This document shows positions 39,863 through 49,881 of a stretch of 64,000 nucleotides of DNA, in pieces. A program made the translations under genes and the position numbers. The number at the start of each line of letters is the position of its first letter. Positions within the stretch are counted from its first letter, which is position 1. The notes under the pieces were generated by a model, which had not been told where the DNA came from, ran no database searches, and was given only the letters and a program-made list of their open reading frames with translations. This stretch comes from Eubacteriales bacterium (lineage in GTDB: Bacteria; Bacillota; Clostridia; Oscillospirales; CAG-272), in assembly GCA_045638685.1 (NCBI GenBank), contig JAZUBT010000035.1, forward strand, positions 1,788-65,787. The letters run 5' to 3'.

Positions 39863-40018
39863 TTTAATTTGTCTCCTTAAAATAATTAAGTTTAAGATTA
39901 TTATTTCCGTGCGCTGAAGGGTTTATCCCGAAGCAGAGAGATTTTTTGAAAAGAGCAGCGGCTTATACCGAGGGCATTAAAAAATTTATAAACGCGTAAA
40001 TTAAAAGAAAGGAAGCCT

Positions 40019-40723
40019 ATGTCGATTTTTGTATTATCCGATACGCATCTGTCCGAAAGCGTGTCAAAGCCTATGGATATTTTTGGCTTCCGGTGGAAAA
40101 GCTGGACGGAAAAGCTTTCCGAAAACTGGAAAAATACCGTTACCGAAAACGATACCGTAATAATCCCCGGAGACATCTCGTGGGGAATGAGTATGGAGGA
40201 AGCAAAAGAGGATCTTTTACTTCTTGAGCGACTTCCGGGTAAGAAAATAATAGGCAAGGGAAACCACGATTATTGGTGGGGGACCGTTTCAAAGATAGAG
40301 GATTTTTTTGATAAGAACGAAATTACAAGTATAAAGGTGCTTTTTAACAACGCTTTTTTGGTGGAAAACACCGTTATCGCGGGATGCCGCGGTTGGTACA
40401 GCGACGAGAAAAACGCGCCGGATAACGCTGACTATGAAAAGATAGTAAAGCGAGAGTTGGGTAGGCTGAAAATGAGTCTTTCGGCGGCTAAAAAGCTTTC
40501 GGAGGACGCAAGACGGCTTGTCTTTTTCCATTTCCCGCCTGTTCTCGGAGATTTCCTTTGCAGAGAAATAATAGACGTGCTTAAGGAGTATGACGTTACC
40601 GAGTGTTATTTCGGTCATATACACGGCAAATACGATATTCCCCCTACGTTTGAATTTGACGGGATAAGCTTTACCATAGTTTCGGCGGACTATCTTGATT
40701 TTAAGCCACTTAAAATTAATTAA
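40019..40723 (+). CDS. Metallophosphoesterase (calcineurin-like)
   Basis: DTH, GDISW, GNHD, H.PP, GHIH. Confidence 0.9.
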   Translation: MSIFVLSDTHLSESVSKPMDIFGFRWKSWTEKLSENWKNTVTENDTVIIPGDISWGMSMEEAKEDLLLLERLPGKKIIGKGNHDYWWGTVSKIEDFFDKNEITSIKVLFNNAFLVENTVIAGCRGWYSDEKNAPDNADYEKIVKRELGRLKMSLSAAKKLSEDARRLVFFHFPPVLGDFLCREIIDVLKEYDVTECYFGHIHGKYDIPPTFEFDGISFTIVSADYLDFKPLKIN

Positions 40724-40805
40724 ACTTAAAATTAGTTTTTGAGTTGTAAACACGCGGAAAACTTTAAAAAATTATTGACGAAGTATTAATTTTGCGACAA
40801 GGTGG

Positions 40806-40834
40806 TTGACTTTTTCGCTAAGTGCGTGTAAAAT
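40806..40834 (+). promoter_or_regulatory. Sigma-A promoter for tig
   Basis: TTGACT-17-TAAAAT. Confidence 0.7.
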
Positions 40835-40925
40835 ATATAGGAATATAATAAATATATTATAAAGGAATTGAAAAACGAAAGGAGCGTCGCCGTTTAAAGA
40901 AAAACATTCGGCGGCGAGGAAAAAA

Positions 40926-42344
40926 ATGAGTCTTATCAAAACAGAAAAGCTTGAAAAAAACCGCGTTGAGCTTCAGATCGGCATAGACAGAGCAGCTCTT
41001 GACGCAGAGGTTAAAAAGGTTTACAAAAAGGAAATCGGAAAAATGAATATCCCCGGCTTCCGTAAGGGTAAAGCTCCGCTCGCAATAGTAGAGAAGCTTT
41101 ACGGAAAGGGAATTTTCGTAGATGAAGCGCTTAACAATCTTCTTCCCGATGCTTATGAGGCGGCGGTTAAGGAGGCAGGTCTTGCCGTTGTTTCCCGTCC
41201 CGAGTTCGACATCGTTTCTATGGAAGATGGTGCTGACGTAGTACTTAAGGCACTTGTTGACGTTAAGCCCGAGGTAACTCTTAAGGAGTATAAGGGACTT
41301 AAGGCAGAGCGCGACGCTATCGAGGTTACCGACGATATGGTTGACGCCGACATAAAGGCTGCTCAGCAGAGAGCGGCAAGAGAGGTTGAGGTTACCGATC
41401 GCGCTTCCGAAATGGGCGACACTGCCGATATAGATTTCGAGGGCTTTGTAGATGGAACTCCGTTTGAAGGCGGAAAGGGCGAGCATCACAAGCTTAAGCT
41501 TGGCTCCGGTCAGTTTATCCCCGGCTTCGAGGAGCAGGTTGCGGGTAAGAACATAGGCGAAGAGTTTGACGTAAACGTAACCTTCCCCGAGGAATACGGC
41601 GCATCCGAGCTTGCCGGCAAGGCAGCTGTATTTAAGTGTAAGCTTCACGGTATAACCAAGGAAGAACTCCCCGAGCTTGACGACGAGTTTGCAAAGGATA
41701 TGTCCTTTGACAACCTTGACGCTTACAAGGCAGACGTTCGCGCAAAGATAACCGAGAGATTGGAAAAGACGGCAGAGCAGGTAATAGAGAACAGAGTTCT
41801 TGATGCGCTTCTTGAAAACATGGAGGCTGAGATACCGGAGTCTATGTACGTAAACGAGGTGGAAAACCAGCTTCGTGAGTACGATATGCAGCTTCGTTCC
41901 AACGGACTTGATCTTAATACCTACTTTAAGTACACCGGCCAGACTCTTGAGCAGCTCCGCGAGAACTTCCGTCCCCGCGCAGAGCGTTCCGTAAAGGTTC
42001 GTCTTGCTCTTGAGGCTGTTGTTAAGGCAGAGGGCATCAGCGCAACCGAGGAGGAGATAAACGCCGAGTACGATCGTATGGCGGCTATGTACTCTATGGA
42101 GGTTGATAAGGTTAAGGAGGCTGTTGCAAGCGAGGACCTCGCGGCAGACCTTAACGTTCAGAACGCACTTAAGCTTGTAAAGGACAACGCAGTTGTAACC
42201 GAGAAGAAGGCAGAAAAGCCGAAGACCGCAACTAAAACCACCAAGGCAAAGGCGGCGGAAAAGGCAGACGGGGAAAAGCCCGCTAAGCCGAAGACCACGA
42301 GAACAAAGAAGGCGGCTGCGGAAAAAACCGAAAAGGCTGAATAA
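40926..42344 (+). CDS. tig: Trigger factor with a Lys/Ala/Thr-rich C-terminal tail
   Basis: IPGFRKGK, FKBP domain FEGG..LGSGQFIPGFE. Confidence 0.96.
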   Translation: MSLIKTEKLEKNRVELQIGIDRAALDAEVKKVYKKEIGKMNIPGFRKGKAPLAIVEKLYGKGIFVDEALNNLLPDAYEAAVKEAGLAVVSRPEFDIVSMEDGADVVLKALVDVKPEVTLKEYKGLKAERDAIEVTDDMVDADIKAAQQRAAREVEVTDRASEMGDTADIDFEGFVDGTPFEGGKGEHHKLKLGSGQFIPGFEEQVAGKNIGEEFDVNVTFPEEYGASELAGKAAVFKCKLHGITKEELPELDDEFAKDMSFDNLDAYKADVRAKITERLEKTAEQVIENRVLDALLENMEAEIPESMYVNEVENQLREYDMQLRSNGLDLNTYFKYTGQTLEQLRENFRPRAERSVKVRLALEAVVKAEGISATEEEINAEYDRMAAMYSMEVDKVKEAVASEDLAADLNVQNALKLVKDNAVVTEKKAEKPKTATKTTKAKAAEKADGEKPAKPKTTRTKKAAAEKTEKAE

Positions 42345-42505
42345 AATTTTAAATTAAAAGTTATAATTAGGGACGGCGGTGAAGTTTTTTACCGCCGTTC
42401 AGTAGCCTATAATGAAAAAGCATATCAAAAGTCAGTAGCTGTTCAGGGCAGAAGTCTAAGTTAAAGCTACAAAACATAAAAACAAGAAAGGAACGGTAAA
42501 AGCAG

Positions 42506-43090
42506 ATGGCACTTGTACCAACCGTAATACAGCAGACAAATCACGGTGAACGCGCGTATGATATATATTCGCGTCTTCTCACCGACAGAATTATATTCCT
42601 CTCTGATGAGGTAAACGACGTAACAGCATCTCTCGTAGTTGCGCAGCTCTTGTTCCTTGAATCGCAGGATGCCGATAAGGATATTTCCTTCTATATAAAC
42701 AGCCCCGGCGGTTCAGTTTCCGCAGGTCTTGCCATTTATGACACCATGAACTTTATTAAATGCGACGTATCGACGATATGCGTCGGAATGGCGGCAAGCA
42801 TGGGCGCATTCCTGCTTTCGGCGGGAGCTAAGGGCAAGCGTTTTGCTCTTCCTAACAGCGAGATAATGATTCATCAGCCTCTCGGGGGATTTCAGGGACA
42901 GGCGTCGGATATAAAAATACATTCCGACCACATTCTCCGTACCAAGGATAAGCTTAACAGAATTCTTGCGGCAAATACCGGAAAGCCGCTTTCCGTAATC
43001 GAGAAGGATACTGACAGAGATAACTTCCTTACAGCAGAGGCTGCTATGGAGTACGGTCTTATCGATAAGGTTCTTGATAAGAGAATTTAA
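42506..43090 (+). CDS. clpP: ATP-dependent Clp protease proteolytic subunit
   Basis: [27 protein letters not shown]. Confidence 0.97.
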   Translation: MALVPTVIQQTNHGERAYDIYSRLLTDRIIFLSDEVNDVTASLVVAQLLFLESQDADKDISFYINSPGGSVSAGLAIYDTMNFIKCDVSTICVGMAASMGAFLLSAGAKGKRFALPNSEIMIHQPLGGFQGQASDIKIHSDHILRTKDKLNRILAANTGKPLSVIEKDTDRDNFLTAEAAMEYGLIDKVLDKRI

Positions 43091-43175
43091 GCCCACAGAC
43101 TAAAAAACTTATAAGGAACTAAGCCTTTATCAGCTAACCTTAAAGACCGTAATCAGAAAGGAAACACCGAGACCG

Positions 43176-44498
43176 ATGGCAAATAACCGTACCCCTACTC
43201 ATTCCGCAAGACACTGTATTTTTTGCGGAAAAAACGAAGCTCACGTAGGCTTTCTTATACCGTCTCCCACGGGGCTTTATATATGTAATAACTGTATCGA
43301 GACCTGCAATGAAATTATAGGAGAGGTAGAGATAAGCGAAAACATTTCCGGTCTTACCTACGAGACTCTTCCCAAGCCGCAAGCTATAAAAAAAATACTT
43401 GATGATTACGTAATAGGACAGGACAACGCTAAAAAGGCGCTTTCCGTTGCCGTATATAATCATTATAAGAGAATTTTGCAAAGTCCGGGAACGGCTCTTG
43501 GCAGCAGAAAAAGAGGAGCGCAAAAGAAGAGCTCCGACGAGGTGGAGATACAAAAGAGTAACGTTCTTTTGCTTGGACCTACCGGCGTAGGAAAAACCTA
43601 TCTTGCGGAAACTCTTGCAAAAACCCTTAAGGTTCCTTTTGCGATAGCGGACGCTACTACGCTTACCGAGGCAGGATACGTTGGAGAGGACGTCGAGAAC
43701 ATTCTCTTAAGACTTATTCAGGCTGCGGATTACAACGTAGAGCTTGCTGAAATGGGAATTATATATATTGATCAAATAGACAAGATTTCAACACGCTCGG
43801 ACAACCGTTCTATAACGAGAGACGTTTCGCGCGAGGGTGTTCAGCAGGCGCTTCTTAAAATCCTTGAGGGAACGGTGGCAAACGTTCCACCGCAGGGCGG
43901 AAGAAAGCACCCGAATCAGGAGTTTATAAGAATAAACACCGAAAACATACTGTTTATCTGCGGCGGAGCATTTGATACCATACAAGATATAATAGAAAAC
44001 CGCAAGGGAAACTCGGCTATTGGATTTAACAGTACAATTATGACAAAATCCGAAAAGCTTTCAAATTCTCCGTATAAGGACGTAACTCCGCACGACGTTG
44101 TAAAGTTTGGTCTTATTCCGGAGCTTGTAGGACGTCTTCCGATAATCGTCAGCCTTGACAGTCTTGATAACGAGGCGCTCATAAGAATATTAAACGAGCC
44201 TAAAAACTCGCTTGTAAAGCAGTATAAAAAGCTCTTTAGCTTTGATAACGCGGAGCTTGAGTTTACCGACGGCGCGCTTGCCGCGATTTCCGAAAAGGCT
44301 ATTGACAGAAACACAGGCGCAAGAGGACTTCGGGCTATTTTAGAGGAAACCATGCTTGATATTATGTATGAAATTCCCTCAAGAACCGACGTTGAAAAGG
44401 TTATTATAACCGATGAGACGGTCAAGAACAAAAAGGCGCCAAAGCTTGTATTAAAGGCAGAAAGCGAGTCAGAGGACAGCGAAGAAAAAATCGGATAG
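43176..44498 (+). CDS. clpX: ClpX ATPase (Walker B reads DQ; see findings)
   Basis: C4 zinc finger, [25 protein letters not shown] loop, TGARGLR. Confidence 0.93.
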   Translation: MANNRTPTHSARHCIFCGKNEAHVGFLIPSPTGLYICNNCIETCNEIIGEVEISENISGLTYETLPKPQAIKKILDDYVIGQDNAKKALSVAVYNHYKRILQSPGTALGSRKRGAQKKSSDEVEIQKSNVLLLGPTGVGKTYLAETLAKTLKVPFAIADATTLTEAGYVGEDVENILLRLIQAADYNVELAEMGIIYIDQIDKISTRSDNRSITRDVSREGVQQALLKILEGTVANVPPQGGRKHPNQEFIRINTENILFICGGAFDTIQDIIENRKGNSAIGFNSTIMTKSEKLSNSPYKDVTPHDVVKFGLIPELVGRLPIIVSLDSLDNEALIRILNEPKNSLVKQYKKLFSFDNAELEFTDGALAAISEKAIDRNTGARGLRAILEETMLDIMYEIPSRTDVEKVIITDETVKNKKAPKLVLKAESESEDSEEKIG

Positions 44499-44499
44499 A

Positions 44500-44542
44500 T
44501 ATAAAAAAGAACTAAGCAGTAAAACGCTTAGTCCTTTTTTAT
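44500..44542. terminator. Bidirectional terminator after clpX
   Basis: AAAAAAGAACTAAGC...GCTTAGTCCTTTTTT. Confidence 0.75.
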
Positions 44543-44554
44543 TTATAAGTTATT

Positions 44555-45472
44555 TTAGTTTTCGTTTTTGTTTGTTTCGTCATTGGTTTCGTTTGCGGCT
44601 AAGTCTGACGGAGCTGAATTTTCCTCCGAGGTGTTTTCGCTTTCGGTTAAAAATACGGGGCCTTCGTTTTGCTCAAGGAGAACCGGAATAAACTGACTTG
44701 CTATTCTGCCTTTACCGCGTCTTTTGATATAGAAAAATCCTATTACGCTGAAAACGACGGCGCCGACAAAATTAACGAACATATCTTTTATTGTGTCGGA
44801 GAGGCCTATATCAAGATACCCGTTTTCGATAACGGCGATTTTACCGCCGGCGTATTCTATTGTGGTTTTGCTTATATCCGTTAAAAGCTCTTTGTTTATC
44901 GGCGATGCCACAGACATAAAGGAGGTAACTACGCGATCCTTTTGCATATCGGTCATAAGAAGCAGGTCGGCAGAAAATTCAAAAAACTCCCAAAGGACTC
45001 CTATTGTCATCGAAAAGCAGAACGCGGTAATTGCGACGTATATGGGGGACATAGTGAATTTTATCCTCGGATTTTGGTTAATTATATCTATAAGACAAAA
45101 TCCGAAGGCGGCAAATATAAAGCCGTTGGTGGTGTGGAGCATTGTATCCCAGAACGCGTATTTTTGATAGAAGCCACCTATTTCTCCGAATATCTCGGCG
45201 CAGAAAATAAATATAAATGCAAGCGTTTCCAAAACCGTCGGTAGCTCGAGCTTAAAGTTTTTTTCGACAAACGGCGGTATAAGAAAGAGAATAAGGCAAA
45301 GTCCCGCTGTAAAAAGGCTTTCGTACCGTTTATCTACTATACAGCGAATCATAACCAGAATTACGGCGATTCTTAAAACGACGTAAACGGCAAAAGCAAC
45401 CTTGTTCGTTTTTATCTGGTCAATAAGAGAGGTATAATATTTGATCGGAGAGGGATTTTTTCTTTTACTCAT
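44555..45472 (-). CDS. Conserved hypothetical membrane protein
   Basis: Multiple TM segments, WDTMLHT..G, WEFFEF, DTIKDM.VN; start ATG 45472 with GGAGG RBS and TTGACT-17-TATAAT promoter at 45515-45543. Confidence 0.8.
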   Translation of the reverse strand: MSKRKNPSPIKYYTSLIDQIKTNKVAFAVYVVLRIAVILVMIRCIVDKRYESLFTAGLCLILFLIPPFVEKNFKLELPTVLETLAFIFIFCAEIFGEIGGFYQKYAFWDTMLHTTNGFIFAAFGFCLIDIINQNPRIKFTMSPIYVAITAFCFSMTIGVLWEFFEFSADLLLMTDMQKDRVVTSFMSVASPINKELLTDISKTTIEYAGGKIAVIENGYLDIGLSDTIKDMFVNFVGAVVFSVIGFFYIKRRGKGRIASQFIPVLLEQNEGPVFLTESENTSEENSAPSDLAANETNDETNKNEN

Positions 45473-45610
45473 TTTGTTTTCCTTTCCTCCTTTATTATTC
45501 GGGTTTATACCTTTATTATACGCCTTGGATTTCTTTAAGTCAATAAACTTAATATGTCGAAAAAGAAAATTAATACTCTTTTCTTGTTCGAGGTTTTGTA
45601 GCATAACGAA

Positions 45611-45840
45611 CGGCGGCGCACGAAATTTTCCCGTGCTCCTAAGCTTGCGGCTCCCTCGGCATCATTTCCGTTACGGAAATGATGCCGCTTTTTTAAAAAG
45701 TAATTCCTCGGGAATTACAGAAAACACGGATGTTTTCGCGGCAAGACCGGTATTTTAAAAAGCGGACGCGGTTAACGTTTGGTTAACCGCGTCCGAGGGA
45801 GCCGTAAGCTTTGGAGCTTCCGCAGAACTTCCCGCCGCCG
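45611..45840. other. Highly structured intergenic element (candidate ncRNA or ssDNA structure) with a perfect four-way junction
   Basis: Nested inverted repeats: 8-bp outer stem, 22-bp stem, two 13-bp hairpins, 11-bp stem closing further small hairpins. Confidence 0.7.
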
Positions 45841-45940
45841 AAGAAAAAATACGCACAAAAAAGGATATACCTTCGTTAACCGAAAATATATCCCTTTAAT
45901 TGTTTTTTTGTTTTGAATATTTAAAACTTAAAGTCTAAAA

Positions 45941-46159
45941 TTAAACTATAAAGCGAACGATGCTTCCGCTGATGTCCTCGTCGGAAACACAGTATATATT
46001 TTCCCACTCCATTTTTGCAAGAATAGCTCCGAGCTGGGATTTTGCGCATATCTGCTGATGCTTGTCATCGCTCAAAAATACCTGTCCGGGGTGGGAGGAT
46101 ACGATAGCAACGAAATCCGTTACGTCAGTCATGGTGTTAAGCTCTATACGTACTTTCAT
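45941..46159 (-). CDS. HPr-like small protein lacking the His15 motif
   Basis: DFV..VS, AKS.LG (Ser46 region); GGAG RBS. Confidence 0.7.
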   Translation of the reverse strand: MKVRIELNTMTDVTDFVAIVSSHPGQVFLSDDKHQQICAKSQLGAILAKMEWENIYCVSDEDISGSIVRFIV

Positions 46160-46229
46160 CTGGTTTTCTCCTTACATAAATAATTTTATAATAAAACCGT
46201 AGCGTAAAATTTAATTTTTACGTTGCTGC

Positions 46230-46997
46230 TTACTGAGCAGCCTCAACGATAACGGTGAAATCGGGCGCTTTAAGAGACGCGCCGCCGATAAGTCCTCCGT
46301 CAACGTTGACCTTTCCGAGAAGCTCAGATGCATTCTTTGCATTCATCGAGCCTCCGTACTGTATAACGGTTGCCTCTGCAACGTCATTTCCGTAAAGCTT
46401 TGAAAGAGTTGCTCTTATAGTTCCGCAGGTTTCGTCTGCCTGCTCGGGAGTTGCGGTAAGACCTGTTCCAATACCCCATACAGGCTCGTAAGCGATTATG
46501 ACGTTTTTCATATCCTCGGCGCTGATGCCTGCAAGGTCAAGCTTTGTCTGCATGGAAACGACCTCGTCGGTAATTCCTGCAAGTCTTTCCTCTTTAACCT
46601 CACCTACGCAGAGTATAACCTTAAGCCCTGCGTTAAGAGCAGCCTTCGTGCGAAGGTTAACGGTCTCGTCGGTTTCGGCAAAGTACTGACGGCGCTCGGA
46701 GTGTCCGATTATTACGTACTCAACGCCGCATTCGGTAAGCATTTTAGCGGAGATTTCTCCGGTGTAAGCGCCGCTTTCCGCAAAGTGTACGTTCTCTGCG
46801 CCAACCTTGATGTTGGTGCCCTTTGTAGCCTCAACAGCTACGGAAATGTCAACGTAAGGAACGCATATAACGATATCGCAGCCGTTTTTACCGGCAACCA
46901 TGGGCTTGAGCTCCTCGATAAGCGCCTTAGCCTCAGCGGGAGTTTTGTTCATTTTCCAGTTACCGGCTATAACAACCGGTCTTTTTGCTTTATTCAT
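46230..46997 (-). CDS. tpiA: Triosephosphate isomerase
   Basis: AGNWKMN, GAYTGEIS, IGHSERR, AYEPVW, YGGS, GGASL. Confidence 0.97.
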   Translation of the reverse strand: MNKAKRPVVIAGNWKMNKTPAEAKALIEELKPMVAGKNGCDIVICVPYVDISVAVEATKGTNIKVGAENVHFAESGAYTGEISAKMLTECGVEYVIIGHSERRQYFAETDETVNLRTKAALNAGLKVILCVGEVKEERLAGITDEVVSMQTKLDLAGISAEDMKNVIIAYEPVWGIGTGLTATPEQADETCGTIRATLSKLYGNDVAEATVIQYGGSMNAKNASELLGKVNVDGGLIGGASLKAPDFTVIVEAAQ

Positions 46998-47143
46998 TTT
47001 GTTCTCCAATCTGCTGCCGTGACGACAGCAACTTAAAATTTTCAGCTTTTTTCTATGTGTTTTGCCGCGAAAGGTATTCGGCATTTAAAAGATAAGGCGT
47101 GAAAACAGTTTTTTCAAAGCTTTCACGCCTCTCGTTTTAATAA

Positions 47144-48439
47144 TTATTTGTCATTAAGACAAGCAATACCGGGAAGCTCAATTCCTTCAAGGAATTCAAG
47201 CGATGCGCCGCCTCCGGTGGAAATGTGAGTCATCTTGTCAGCATATCCGAGCTTTTCAACTGCAGCAGCACTGTCGCCACCACCTATGATAGAAATAGCG
47301 CCGCTTTCCGCAACGGCGGAAGCAACCGACTCGGTGCCGGCCGCAAAGTTCTTCCACTCGGAAACACCCATCGGTCCGTTCCATACAACAGTGCCTGCGC
47401 CCTTGATAGCGTTAGCAAAGAGTTTACGCGTCTCGGGACCTATGTCAAGTCCCATCCAGCCGTCGGGAATGTTGTCGGAGTTTACCTCCATATACTCGGT
47501 GTTCTCATCGTAAGCCTTACCGACTCTGTTGTCAACGGGGAGAAGGAAATTAACGCCCTTGGCCTTAGCCTTAGCTATCATCTCGTTTGCAAGGTCTATC
47601 TTGTCGGTCTCGCAAAGCGAGGTGCCTACGCTGTGTCCCTGTGCCGCAAAGAAGGTGTACGCCATACCGCCGCCGATTATGAGAGTGTCAACCTTTTCGA
47701 GAAGGTTATTGATAACGCCTATCTTGTCGGAAACCTTTGCTCCGCCGAGAATTGCAACGAAGGGACGTGCGGGATCTGCAAGAGCCTTACCCATTATCGA
47801 AATCTCTTTTCCGATAAGGTATCCGCAAACTGCGGGGAGATAGTCGGCAACTCCCGCGGTGGAAGCATGGGCTCTGTGAGCGGAGCCGAAAGCATCGTTT
47901 ACGTAAACGTCAGCGTAATCAGCAAGCTCTTTTGCGAAATCAGCGCCGTTCTTAGTCTCTCTTGCGTCAAAGCGAACGTTCTCTATAAGAACAGCCTCGC
48001 CTTCCTTAAGAGCTCCAATCTTAGCCTTTGCGTCGGGGCCTATAATGTCCTCAGCGAAGGTAACCTTTCCGCCGAGAAGCTCGTTAAGTCTGTCAGCAAC
48101 GGGCTTAAGAGTAAATTTCTTCTTGTCGTCAAGAGCCTTCTTGAGGAAATCTGCCTTAGCAGCTGTCTGCTCAGCCTCGGGAAGAGCCTCAACCTTCTGC
48201 TTTTCCTTCTTGGTGAGACCGAAGCCCTCGCTAAAGATGCTGTGGGGCTTGCCCATATGAGAGCAGAGGATAACCTTAGCGCCCTTGTCAAGGAGATACT
48301 TAATGGTGGGGAGCGCGCCTACGATTCTCTTGTCGGAGGTGATAACTCCATCCTTAAGCGGTACGTTGAAATCGCAGCGAACAAGAACCTTCTTGCCGGC
48401 AACGTCAATGTCCTCAATTGTTTTTTTGTTGTACATCAT
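47144..48439 (-). CDS. pgk: Phosphoglycerate kinase with an about 35-aa insertion
   Basis: [43 protein letters not shown]. Confidence 0.97.
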   Translation of the reverse strand: MMYNKKTIEDIDVAGKKVLVRCDFNVPLKDGVITSDKRIVGALPTIKYLLDKGAKVILCSHMGKPHSIFSEGFGLTKKEKQKVEALPEAEQTAAKADFLKKALDDKKKFTLKPVADRLNELLGGKVTFAEDIIGPDAKAKIGALKEGEAVLIENVRFDARETKNGADFAKELADYADVYVNDAFGSAHRAHASTAGVADYLPAVCGYLIGKEISIMGKALADPARPFVAILGGAKVSDKIGVINNLLEKVDTLIIGGGMAYTFFAAQGHSVGTSLCETDKIDLANEMIAKAKAKGVNFLLPVDNRVGKAYDENTEYMEVNSDNIPDGWMGLDIGPETRKLFANAIKGAGTVVWNGPMGVSEWKNFAAGTESVASAVAESGAISIIGGGDSAAAVEKLGYADKMTHISTGGGASLEFLEGIELPGIACLNDK

Positions 48440-48761
48440 AGTTTTGTTCCTTTCTTATTTTAACAGCATGCGCCGATTAATTATTCATTTATAATATTAT
48501 CATAAAAACGGAAAAATATCAAGGGGTTTTTAATATTTTCTGGAAAAACTTTCTTAATTTATAAGATTTAATATTTGAAAAACAAGATTTTATATAATTA
48601 ACTAAAGATTTCCATATTAATCACATCGCTTTCACATAAAAGTTATAAAATATATATTGTTTAACCGTTTTAAAGTAAGGAGCAGGGTTAAGTGAAACGA
48701 CTGCATTTATCTAAGACTTATTTACGTATTACGGTAAAACACAGAAAAATCGCTCGTAGCT

Positions 48762-49823
48762 ATGGGGGCAGATAAAATGGTTACAAATTTTAAAGTAAAC
48801 GGACTGTATAAAACGGACGTCTTTAAAAACATAGAGTTTGCGCTTGAGAGTGGCGTTCTTTGCGTTCTTTCAAAGAAGCCCGAAAGAAGCTCTGCGCTTC
48901 TCGATACGCTTGTCGGCGTTAAAGCCGCGGACGGCGGAGAAATATTCGGTAATGAAGGTGCGGCGTATATACCCAAGGGCGCGCCTTTGCCGAGCTATCT
49001 TACCGTAAAGGAATACCTCTGCTTCGTTTTGAAAATAAAAAATGAAACCGAGCTTCCCGAAAAGGTACTTGAAATTACAGAGGATTTCTATGAGAAAGTA
49101 ATAGAAACGCTTTCGCCGCTTGAAAGACTTTCACTCGGTGTGGCAGCGTCTCTTATAGGAAATCCGAGTGTTATCGCTTTAGAGGAGCCGTACCGCGATT
49201 TGACCTTTGACGAGTACGGTGATTTTAAGCAGCTTATTTTTTCCGTCTCGGAGAAAACTCCGGTTATTTTTTCATCCTCCTCTGTTTTTGAGTGCAAGGA
49301 GATAAGCGACAAGGCTCTGGTGCTTTCCACGGGCAGTCAAATTTATTTCGGAGAAACCAAAGCGCTTTTTGAAACCGATATAAACAAAACGGACGTTTGT
49401 TGCCTTATTAAAGGTGATGAAAAGGCGATAATTGCTACAATAGAGCGATACAGTCCCGAAATCAAGGAAACCGTAAGGGAAGGAGTTTACTTGGTTACGG
49501 TAAAAGATGTTCCGATGTTCCGCGCGGCGGAAACAAGAAGCAGAATAAAAAAGCAGCTTTCAAAGGCTCGGCTTTCGTTGCTTGAAATAAGATCGGAAAA
49601 GGAAGCGCTGTTTAATATAATCGGAGAGCTTACGGAGTGCGACAGAAAAAAACGCGCCGAGTACGAGGAAAGCGCGTCTTTAAAAGCTACAAAAATAACT
49701 CGCTCGCTTATTTCATTTAGTCATGACGAGGATAGCGAGGACGATGAAATTGACGGCGAGGACGGTGTTCTTGAAGACATTGAGGAAACTTATGAAGATA
49801 CAATGTTCTCGGAAGATGATTAA
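48762..49823 (+). CDS. Degenerate ABC ATPase-like protein with an acidic tail (start may be 48777)
   Basis: ABC remnants (LTVKEYL.F, LS..ER, GNP.VIALEEP) but no Walker A, signature or H-switch. Confidence 0.65.
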   Translation: MGADKMVTNFKVNGLYKTDVFKNIEFALESGVLCVLSKKPERSSALLDTLVGVKAADGGEIFGNEGAAYIPKGAPLPSYLTVKEYLCFVLKIKNETELPEKVLEITEDFYEKVIETLSPLERLSLGVAASLIGNPSVIALEEPYRDLTFDEYGDFKQLIFSVSEKTPVIFSSSSVFECKEISDKALVLSTGSQIYFGETKALFETDINKTDVCCLIKGDEKAIIATIERYSPEIKETVREGVYLVTVKDVPMFRAAETRSRIKKQLSKARLSLLEIRSEKEALFNIIGELTECDRKKRAEYEESASLKATKITRSLISFSHDEDSEDDEIDGEDGVLEDIEETYEDTMFSEDD

Positions 49824-49881
49824 AACAGTATAGAAAAAGACTTATATTGTTATTTTGTTATATAAGAAAGGGCTTTGATAA

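Noticed and set aside
47225-48463. 412-aa antisense ORF over pgk (similar ones over ilvE 2855-3862, tig 40857-41648 and the isomerase 22090-22758)
   Set aside because: Shadow frames of highly expressed genes with biased codon usage; no RBS or recognisable motifs.
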